A stretch of 64,000 bases of DNA, from NCBI GenBank assembly GCA_963745035.1, contig CAVUVW010000013.1, positions 704,001-768,000 of the forward strand, written 5' to 3'. How positions within the stretch are numbered: position 1 is the first letter of the stretch; the number at the start of each line of letters is the position of its first letter. The notes under the pieces are model-generated. The model was not told the DNA's origin. It did no database searches and worked only from the letters and a program-made list of their open reading frames with translations. This stretch comes from an uncultured delta proteobacterium (GTDB taxonomy: Bacteria; Desulfobacterota; Binatia; UBA9968). Shown one piece after another: positions 8,295 to 16,842 of this stretch. The translations under genes were made by a program, and so were the position numbers.

Positions 8295-9903
8295 TCATTC
8301 CGATCTTTCCACTGCCACCGTCTGCAGGTGCGTCCCTGTGCGCCCCGGGATGTACGCGGATTTCGCGCCGGCACCGCCGGCGACAACGATCCAGATGTCT
8401 TCGGGACGATCCACGGCGCCGACTTCGCGCGCCGACTCGTTGTTGAACCACATCGGCCGGCGCTTCGAAAGCAGCTCGAGATTTTCGTCCGAGATCTTTT
8501 CATACGGGACTCGAGCCATGGCGAACAATTCCTGGCGGATGGCAGCCTTCGAATATCCCGCAGCCGCAAAGATAGCTGCGTGCTCCGGACAGACGACAAA
8601 GAGAACTTCGGTCGTCGTCACTCCGCTCGCCAGACCGCCGGCCATGGTCAGCGCGAAGGTTTTCAGCAGTCCTTTAGCGGTCTGACTCGCCATATCGACC
8701 GCGCTGTAAACCCCGCTGCAGCCGGTTACGTGCACCGTATCCATCGTTGCACGGCAACCGCGCTCGACATGCAATGGCTCCCAGGGATTCTCCTCCTCGT
8801 TTTCCCCAAAACAGAAAGTATATTTCGCGGGCTGGCCGACCGTCGATTTATCGAACTCGCCGGGAGCCGCGCCGCCGACGTTGGTCAGGGTCAAGCGCAA
8901 CGCTCTGCCGATGGTGGCGTTCGCGCGCCAGCCCTGGCCGAGCACGTTGGCGCCGCAGTTGAGTGTCCAGGCTCTTGCGGCAAGGACCGTTGACGATAAT
9001 CATCGGCGCGACGTTGCCGGTGGTGGTCTGCACGCCGTCAAGATTGAAGCCGGGCTTCAGCACACCTTTTACCGCGGCGACCACCAACGGAAAATATTCC
9101 GGCAAACATCCCGCCATCACCGCATTAGCGGCGATCTTTTCGACGCTCGCGACGCCGTTCAACGGCGGCAGCACACCGAGCACGAAATTTCCGTCCAAGC
9201 CACCGGCCGCGATCATTTCATCGACCGCCGCCCGTGTCGGCGGCAGCACCGGCAGACCGTCGCTCCAGCCGCGGCGTATCAGCTCTGCGAACAACGCGCC
9301 AGGATCGCTTGAAAGCTTGATCGCAGAATCCAAAGTCGGAACTCTGTCGCCGGACGCCTGCGCTGCGGGCCGGCTTTGACGGAGCAGATCGTTCACGATC
9401 GAATCGACCGTCGACTCCGCGAGCGCCTGCAATTGAACCAGTGAGATCGTCCCCACCGGATGCGGCACTTTCACCAACGGTAAATCTGCCATGCCGCGAT
9501 TCTGCGCTTCGGTTTGCGCCAGCTTGAGAAACTCCGTTGAAACCACCGTCGCGGTGGGTATGCCGGCGCCTTCGAGCTTGACCGAGTCGTGGATACTCCA
9601 CGACGTGCACGAACCTCAATCGGCGAACGCGTTGATCACCACATCGCAGCGACCGATCAGCTCCGGCAGGCACTCGGCTTCCGTGCGGCTCATCTTGCGC
9701 CTGGGCACCAGCTCGATATCGCTGTATCGCTGCGTGAGCAACGCGCCGATCCATTGAAGAAATTTGTCGGCATTGGGTTTGTTGTTGTCGAGCAAGCCGA
9801 CGCACAGTCCGTGGAGACTGCCGCCCCGGCGCTCCGCCACCCCGGTTCTCTTGCCGGCGCGCTGTCCGACCGGACTGATGATCTCAATAGTGTCCGCGCT
9901 CAT
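8295..9903 (-). CDS. UGSC-family selenoprotein fused to a large uncharacterised domain (GWSDGLPVLPPT type); in-frame TGA read as Sec at 9616-9618; one frameshift near 8965
   Basis: GGAGG plus ATG at 9903; reads NAFAD-TGA-GSCTSWSIHD in frame into ORF 8848..9546; continues in ORF 8295..8945 after an apparent 1-nt insertion. Confidence 0.8.
9586..9604 (-). promoter_or_regulatory. Putative bacterial SECIS hairpin
   Basis: mRNA GUCGUGGA-GUA-UCCACGAC: perfect 8-bp stem with G in the loop, starting 11 nt after the UGA. Confidence 0.7.
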
Positions 9904-10085
9904 TGACGCCTCCCGAAGCACGCGCCTGCACTACGTGCGGCGATGACTCGCAACATGGGTTTCACTCGGAATCTTGGGGCGCATGATGGTCAACTCTGGG
10001 CCCACAGTAGTCCCGTTGAACGCCGCCGCGCAAGGCTGATCGAGGCGAAATTAATTATGAAAAGAGTTGGCGAGGATTTTAGAGT

Positions 10086-13000
10086 TTAAATGCCGTCGAC
10101 GTTCGATGCGACCAAGCCCATCTGGTCGTCGGATTGACTCTTGTCGGCGGGCCGCGCCGCCGCTGAGCCTGCGCTGACCGGCAGATGCACGATAAACGTC
10201 GAGCCGCGTTCGAACTCGCTTTGCACCGCCACACGCCCGCCCAGCAGATCGACATATTTTCGCACGATATAAAGCCCCAGGCCGACGCCGCCAAACTTCC
10301 GCGTAGCGGAACTGTCCACCTGCTGAAACATGTCGAAAATGGTCTGGATCTTTTCCGCGGGGATGCCGATTCCGGTATCGGCGACTTTCAACTCGATCTC
10401 GTTGGTCGCGGCCAGGTGGCGGACGGAAATCGTCACCACGCCCCGATCGGTGAACTTGATCGCGTTGTTGACCAGATTTTGAAGCACCGCCTTCAACTTT
10501 TCGTCGTCCGTCGCCATCGACGGCAAGTCGGTCGCATATTCCCAAGCAATCGCCAGGTCCTTGCCGAAGGGGATGTTGTAGTTTCGCCGCAGCTCGTCGA
10601 GCAGGCCGACCAGGTCCACCGGCCGCGCGCTTGTCTGCACCGCGCCGGCCTCGATCCGGGTGACCTGCAACACGCCGCTGATCATGTGGAAGAGGTCCAT
10701 GGCCTGGCTGCTGATCGTTTCCAACGCTCTTTTCTGCTCCTCGCTCACGTGGCCGAGAATCCCCTGCATCATGATTTCAGTGTAGCCCTTGATGACGTTC
10801 AACGGCGTTCTCAGCTCGTGCGAGATGACGCCGAGAAACTCGTCTTTCCCTTGGCTGGCTCGCTCAAGCTCGATGGTCTTTTTCTGCAATTGCGCGAACA
10901 GCCGCGCGTTACCCGCCGCGACGCTGAGATGATAGGCGATGGCGTTAATCAGTTGGACCTCGCTGTCGGAAAAGTAATAGGGTTTGCGGCCGAGAAAATG
11001 CATCACTCCCAGTCCTTCGCCACGAACCTTTAACGGAATGAGAAACGAGCTGCGAAACCCCGCCTTGAACAAGTATTTGTTGTGCGCCAGTTTATCGTAG
11101 ACTGGATCGGAGGCCATGTCCTCCACGAACGCTGCCTTGCCGGTTTGGACCACCTTGCCTAATTGGCCCTCTCCGGCGCCGTAGCGGAACACGAGCTGGA
11201 CGCCCTCAGGCATGCCGCAGTGCGCGACCAGACGCAGGTCGCCGTTTTCTTCATCGCTCAAATAGATCCGCGCCGCGTCGAAGTCGAAAATCGCCAATAC
11301 CTTTACCATGGTTTGGCCGAGCACGGCGTCGATGTCCAGGGACTCGCCGGCGATCCCGGCAATCGAGTACAGCGCGGACAGCTCTTTAGCTTTGGCGGCG
11401 GTTTGAGAATAGAGCGTGGCGTTTTCGACCGCGATGCCGATTTGATGGGTCATCGACATCAGCAGGCGCGTCTCATGGGCCTGGAGTCGGCGCGCCTCGC
11501 GGCCGACAAATACCGCCACACCCCATGTCCTGAGCTTGGTCGCGACCGGAAAAGCCGCAAAGAAGCCGGCGCTCGTGGACTCGAGAATTTTGCTGTGACT
11601 GAGCTCCAAATAGCGCGGGTCGTTTCTGACGTCCTCGAAAACGAAAACCTCGCCGGTTTCCGCGGCTCGACCGACGATGCCCTGCCCGCGCTGGAAGCTA
11701 CCGAGCTTGGTCCACAGCTCGGGTTGCTCCTCGAAAACTGCGGCGACGCGCAGTTCGGTCATCTCGGCGTCAAAAAGAAAAATCCGCGTGGCGTCGAAAT
11801 GAAAAATCTCGGTGACCTTTTCTATCGCCGACCGTAGGGTCTCGGAGAGGTCCAAAGAGCGGGTCGCCGCAATCGTGAGCGCGTGCAAGGCCGAAAGCTC
11901 GCCGGCGCTCTGCCGCGTTTCGTCGTAGAGCATGGCGTTATGGATCGCGATGGCGGACTGTCCCGCCAGGGTGGTGAGGAATTCGATTTCTTCGTCGCTG
12001 AAGGAATGCTCCTCCTTGGTGAAGAAGGCGATGAGCCCGAGGAGCTGATTTTTCGCGACCAGGGGAATTCCGAGATACGAGACCAGCCCCCAGCGATGGG
12101 CGAAACGATGGTCGTCGCTGCGCGGGTCGGTCCGCAAGTTGGCAATGGTGAGAGGAATCTTGTTTTCGAGCACGATCTTGGCAAAACCATGCATCGGGCG
12201 CGGATTGCCCGTCCGCCACTCGCTCTCGCTGATATTGCGGCACGCCGCTGGCTCCAAGGTTCCCGTTTCCTTGTTGATCAGGCGGACGGTGGTCACGGCC
12301 CCGGGTAAGACCAGTTCGACTTTCTCGAGCAACAGATCGAGCATGGAGCGGAGGTCCAGGGTCGAAGTAATCGCCATTTCGATATCATGCAGCGCTTCGA
12401 GCCGCTGGAGGTTTCGTCCAAGCCGCTGGCCGGCGGCGACGGCCTCATCCCGCCGGGTTTCCAGCGTGGCGGCCATCCGGTCAAACGACGCGGCGACCCG
12501 TCCGATTTCATTACGATCGTGCGGCAATCCGGTGCGCGCGGCGAGATCCCCGGCGCCGAGCCGCTCGCTCGTGCTCACCAAAGTGCGCAGCGGCGCCAAT
12601 ACGAACGTGTCGCCGCCATACCAGGCAGCAATGAGCGCCAGCGCAGTCACAAGCAGCAGTGCTGCCAGATTGCGCCGCAACAACCAATCGGCGTCGGCCA
12701 AGGCAACGTCCGCCGGTATGCCGAGGCGCAGAAAAATCTGACCGTTGGCGGGAGTGTCGCCGATCGCTGTAAAGCCGTAGAACCGTTTCTTGCCGTCCAA
12801 CCCCGAGACTTCGGCAACACCTTCTTGCGCGGCGGCCGCCTTGCCGGTCCCCGCTTGCGGCCGATATTCGCCGATAGATGCCTCATCGTCGGGGTAACGG
12901 GCGAGCACGGTTCCATCGCGGTCATAGATCTCGAGAGAAGCATAACCGGGTAAGGCGGCGTTGCCGGCGATTTGCTTCAGATTGGCCACATCGAACGCGG

Positions 13001-13523
13001 CAAAAACCACTCCGATGACGCGCCCATCTTTTTCGATGATTGGATACCCTAGATTCAAGACGGCCTTGGCGACGATCGGTCCGGCCGGAAAGTTGTCGAT
13101 CGCCAGGCCCTTGTGTTTTATGGCGAGGCGAAAATGGCCGCGCTCCGCGATATCCACCTGCTGAGTCATCGGCAGCCCGCTGCAATACTGTCGCCCATGC
13201 ACATTCGCGGCGCCGAGATTGACGTAGAGCGGATATTCGGCCAGCAGATTCGCGAAAAGCGCGCTGCATGCCGGTTCATCTGGAGCACGCACCTCCCGCA
13301 GCAATGACAGCGCAACGAGAAGCTGGCGCGTGCCGTCGATCAGCCCCTTCTGACTTCCGGCGACGACGCGCGCCAGCCGCAGCGCTTCCCGTTTAGCGCG
13401 CTCGCTGTCTCGTACCCGTTGCTCGCCGGCGCTGTAGAGAATCAACGCGAGCGCCGGCAAGACAGCGAGCAGGACGAGGTGGATGAGCCGGGTGCGGAAA
13501 CTTGGTTGGGAAATTTTTTTCAT
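10086..13523 (-). CDS. Membrane sensor histidine kinase (Cache-like, HAMP, three GAF, HisKA, HATPase)
   Basis: Two TM segments, HAMP (NEIGRVAASFDRMA), three GAF repeats, SHELRTPL, NLVNNAIKFT, DTGIG and GVGLGL; likely start MKKISQ at 13523. Confidence 0.9.
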   Translation of the reverse strand: MKKISQPSFRTRLIHLVLLAVLPALALILYSAGEQRVRDSERAKREALRLARVVAGSQKGLIDGTRQLLVALSLLREVRAPDEPACSALFANLLAEYPLYVNLGAANVHGRQYCSGLPMTQQVDIAERGHFRLAIKHKGLAIDNFPAGPIVAKAVLNLGYPIIEKDGRVIGVVFAAFDVANLKQIAGNAALPGYASLEIYDRDGTVLARYPDDEASIGEYRPQAGTGKAAAAQEGVAEVSGLDGKKRFYGFTAIGDTPANGQIFLRLGIPADVALADADWLLRRNLAALLLVTALALIAAWYGGDTFVLAPLRTLVSTSERLGAGDLAARTGLPHDRNEIGRVAASFDRMAATLETRRDEAVAAGQRLGRNLQRLEALHDIEMAITSTLDLRSMLDLLLEKVELVLPGAVTTVRLINKETGTLEPAACRNISESEWRTGNPRPMHGFAKIVLENKIPLTIANLRTDPRSDDHRFAHRWGLVSYLGIPLVAKNQLLGLIAFFTKEEHSFSDEEIEFLTTLAGQSAIAIHNAMLYDETRQSAGELSALHALTIAATRSLDLSETLRSAIEKVTEIFHFDATRIFLFDAEMTELRVAAVFEEQPELWTKLGSFQRGQGIVGRAAETGEVFVFEDVRNDPRYLELSHSKILESTSAGFFAAFPVATKLRTWGVAVFVGREARRLQAHETRLLMSMTHQIGIAVENATLYSQTAAKAKELSALYSIAGIAGESLDIDAVLGQTMVKVLAIFDFDAARIYLSDEENGDLRLVAHCGMPEGVQLVFRYGAGEGQLGKVVQTGKAAFVEDMASDPVYDKLAHNKYLFKAGFRSSFLIPLKVRGEGLGVMHFLGRKPYYFSDSEVQLINAIAYHLSVAAGNARLFAQLQKKTIELERASQGKDEFLGVISHELRTPLNVIKGYTEIMMQGILGHVSEEQKRALETISSQAMDLFHMISGVLQVTRIEAGAVQTSARPVDLVGLLDELRRNYNIPFGKDLAIAWEYATDLPSMATDDEKLKAVLQNLVNNAIKFTDRGVVTISVRHLAATNEIELKVADTGIGIPAEKIQTIFDMFQQVDSSATRKFGGVGLGLYIVRKYVDLLGGRVAVQSEFERGSTFIVHLPVSAGSAAARPADKSQSDDQMGLVASNVDGI

Positions 13524-14063
13524 TCGCTTCAGCCTGCGATCGACGGTTGCAAGTCGCGCGGCAAAATCCGGTTGCCGGGCAAAAAATCTAGCAACCTCCG
13601 TAAGAACTTTCCGCGCGACGGCGCAAACGGCGAATTCGACCCGGTCTGACGCATTCTCGGTAACCAATCGTGACCGCTCCGGAACGAATTTTTGATCCTC
13701 GGCGATCGCCGTTCAATCCAAGGCTTGTGCCATGGGCTGGACGAGCGACAATGATGGATTTCCCCGCCAATTCCCGCCTCAGCCCACACGGGCGTGTTAC
13801 TTAACCTCCAAAAATTGGCAAATTGGAGCACATGTTGACACGAATGATCGCGACAACTCGCCTGCGGCGGGTAGAAGCCAAGTTGCTGTGTACACGCGCG
13901 CGCCCTTCAGGCTGATTTCCAGCTCGGGGCGAGATCGTCAGAGCACGCAAGCGCGATCTGCGAGCGCCAAGCCGATTGCTTACGAAATTTTCCTGCGAGT
14001 GTTAAATTGAGCAATTCCACTGGGAAATCGCCGCTCGCACTGTGACGCGCCGCGGAGACGCAA

Positions 14064-15347
14064 TTGAAAAAGGCGATAGGACTCGACTTCGGCACGACCA
14101 ACAGCGCGCTGGCGTTGGCTGCGCCGGACGGCAGTGTGCGTCTGGCGCAATTCGGCGGCGGCGCGACCTTTCGCTCGGTCCTCTACTTCCATGAAAACGA
14201 CAGCACACGCAGCAGGTCGCGCGTAGTCGCCGGACCGGACGCGATTCAAAGTTATCTCAACGCCACGACTTCAGGCCGGCTGATCCAGTCGATGAAGTCC
14301 TACCTCGCCAGCCGTCTATTTAACCAGACACAGATTCTCGGTGAGACCTATGCGCTCGAAGAGCTTATCGGCATCCTGCTGCGCTACTTGCGCAAGTCCG
14401 CTGAGGAGCAATTTGGCGACCTCGGCTCTGCGCTGGCTGTCGGCCGACCGGTCCACTTCAGCGGCACCAAAAACGATGCCGATGACGCATTCGCTCTCAG
14501 CCGCTTGCGCAGTGCCTTTGCCAATGCTGGATTCGACGATGTGCACTTTGTGCCGGAGCCGGTTGCCGCAGCCTACAAGTATCAGCAGCGCCTCGACCAC
14601 GACGAGCTCGTGCTGATCGCCGATTTCGGCGGCGGTACGAGTGACTTCTCGCTCGTGCGGTTACAAGCGCATTCGTCGGCCTCACAAAACGCCGCGACCT
14701 CCGTCATCGGCACCGATGGAGTCGGCATAGCGGGCGACACTTTCGACAGCAAGCTGGTGCGCCATCTGGTGGCGCCGATGCTCGGCCTCGGCTCTCGTTA
14801 CACTACGCAGTTCGGCAAAATATTGACGGTGCCGAATTGGCTCTACGAGCATCTCGAGCGCTGGCATTATCTTTCGTTCCTCAAAACCCGAAAGAACCTG
14901 GAGATCTTGCGCAAGATTCGATTTCAAGCCGTTGAGCCGCAGAAAATCGACGCCCTCATCGGCCTCGTCGATCATGATCTTGGCTACCGACTCTACCAGT
15001 CAATCGAGCGGGCTAAATGCGCGTTGTCCGACGAAATGCAGACCGGCTTTTGCTTCGCCGAAGCGGCCACGACCATCGAAAAGACCGTCGCGCGCAGCGA
15101 GTTCGAGAGTTGGATCGATCCTGAAGTGAGAGAAATCGGCGACTGCGTCGATCGCCTGCTTGCCGGTTGCAACGTCACGCCCAAAGACATCGACGCTATT
15201 TTCATGACCGGCGGCTCCTCGTTCGTCCCGGCGATCAGAGGCCTCTTCGAAAACAAATTCGGCGCCGAGATTCCGATTCGCGCCGGCCAGGAATTCACTT
15301 CTGTCGCCGAAGGCCTAGCGATCGACGCGCTCGAATCGTTCGGCTGA
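14064..15347 (+). CDS. Hsp70 family protein, YegD-like
   Basis: GLDFGTTNS, VGRPVHF, ADFGGGTSDF and MTGGSS; lacks a substrate-binding domain. Confidence 0.85.
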   Translation: MKKAIGLDFGTTNSALALAAPDGSVRLAQFGGGATFRSVLYFHENDSTRSRSRVVAGPDAIQSYLNATTSGRLIQSMKSYLASRLFNQTQILGETYALEELIGILLRYLRKSAEEQFGDLGSALAVGRPVHFSGTKNDADDAFALSRLRSAFANAGFDDVHFVPEPVAAAYKYQQRLDHDELVLIADFGGGTSDFSLVRLQAHSSASQNAATSVIGTDGVGIAGDTFDSKLVRHLVAPMLGLGSRYTTQFGKILTVPNWLYEHLERWHYLSFLKTRKNLEILRKIRFQAVEPQKIDALIGLVDHDLGYRLYQSIERAKCALSDEMQTGFCFAEAATTIEKTVARSEFESWIDPEVREIGDCVDRLLAGCNVTPKDIDAIFMTGGSSFVPAIRGLFENKFGAEIPIRAGQEFTSVAEGLAIDALESFG

Positions 15348-15846
15348 CCCGCCAAGCACAACCGCAACACGATTAGTTATCTTGTGCTCGCCAGCGCTAA
15401 TGAAAAAGCCTGAGAAAGATTCCTCGCGTTCGCGCTTGAACGGACAGCGCGGGCAATGCCTGTCATCTCGAATGGAGGTGAGAGATCTTTCATTATCTGC
15501 AAAGGCCCGCGGCATTAGCTGAGCATAGCCGAGTTCTGTGAGCGGTCCGCTGCCGACAGTCCATTCACCAACGATCCAGTTTCGGGACGCACGCAACCAC
15601 TTTTCCCACAACCGAGACAGAGGGCGATCAGCTCTCGTGAATTCGCGTGCACCTTGGAGAAGATCCACCCTCAATTCCGGCACGTCAATTGCTGACGCAA
15701 CCTTTTGGAGAGTTGCACTTTCAGGAATCCTCAGATGCAAGTACCGTGACGGGAGTCCGCACAAATAATTGGAAACAAGTTCACGCAGCCTTCGATTCTC
15801 CGCAGCTCCCGCCTGACCGTCTGCCTACACTCTTCGATTTGCTTCA

Positions 15847-16842
15847 ATGACCATACATAACGCAACCCGTTTCTTTTACAGCTTTGCATGCGGGCTCATG
15901 TTGGCGGCCTGCGACGGACCGCAATCGGCGTTGGCGCCCGCCGGAGAGGCCGCCGAGCGCATCGCCGGACTTTTCTGGTGGATGACCGGGTTCGCCGCCG
16001 TGATATGGATCGCCGTTATCGTGTTGGCGCTGTATGCCGTCGGCTCGCCAGCGGAACGACACAACCGGCGACGCTCGAATGTCTTGATCGTCGGCGGCGG
16101 CGCAGTCGTGCCGACCATCGTCGTAGCCGTGCTGGCGATGTTCGGGTTGGCTCCGATACCTACTCTACTCGCTCCCGCGCCGGAGGGCAGTCTACGCATT
16201 ACCGTCTCGGGCGAACAATGGTGGTGGCGCGTGCAGTATCAACACGCAGAGGACGAGTCGGTAGTGCTGGCCAATGAAATCCGACTCCCCGTGGGTGAGC
16301 CGGTTGAGTTTCGTCTGGAAAGTCCCGATGTCATCCATTCATTTTGGATCCCATCCCTCGGCGGCAAAATCGACATGATCCCCGGGCGGGTCACGCGGCT
16401 TGCGTTGACGCCAACCAAAACCGGCGTGTTTCGCGGCGCGTGCGCCGAGTACTGCGGCACCGCCCATGCGTTGATGAATTTCACGGTCGTCGTCGAGGAG
16501 AAAGCGGCGTTCGATCGCTGGCTCGCCCATCAACGAACACCGGCATCGATTCCAAACGAACCCGTCGCGCTACGCGGCCACGAGCTTTTTCTCGCCAACG
16601 GCTGCGGAGCTTGCCACCAAATTCGCGGCACGCCCGCCAAGGGCGTGATCGGACCCGATTTAACCCACGTCGGCAGCCGGCTCAGCATCGGCGCTGGCAT
16701 GCTGCCGAACAATTCGGCAACACTCCTACGCTGGATCACTCGCACCGAAGAAGTGAAACCCGGCGTTCTCATGCCGTCGTTCAGCATGCTGCCCGATGAA
16801 GATTTAAAGGCGCTCGCAGTGTATATGGAAGCCCTCAAATGA
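15847..16842 (+). CDS. coxB: Cytochrome c oxidase subunit II with fused cytochrome c (caa3 type)
   Basis: Lipobox LAAC, QWWW, DVIHSF, CuA motif CAEYCGTAHALM and heme motif CGACH. Confidence 0.92.
   Translation: MTIHNATRFFYSFACGLMLAACDGPQSALAPAGEAAERIAGLFWWMTGFAAVIWIAVIVLALYAVGSPAERHNRRRSNVLIVGGGAVVPTIVVAVLAMFGLAPIPTLLAPAPEGSLRITVSGEQWWWRVQYQHAEDESVVLANEIRLPVGEPVEFRLESPDVIHSFWIPSLGGKIDMIPGRVTRLALTPTKTGVFRGACAEYCGTAHALMNFTVVVEEKAAFDRWLAHQRTPASIPNEPVALRGHELFLANGCGACHQIRGTPAKGVIGPDLTHVGSRLSIGAGMLPNNSATLLRWITRTEEVKPGVLMPSFSMLPDEDLKALAVYMEALK

Noticed and set aside
13718-13732. Sigma54-like TGGCAC box upstream of the histidine kinase
   Set aside because: The -12 element reads TTGG instead of TTGC; too weak to call.
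15315-15846. ORFs in the gap upstream of coxB
   Set aside because: No RBS or recognisable motifs; more likely the promoter region of the oxidase operon.
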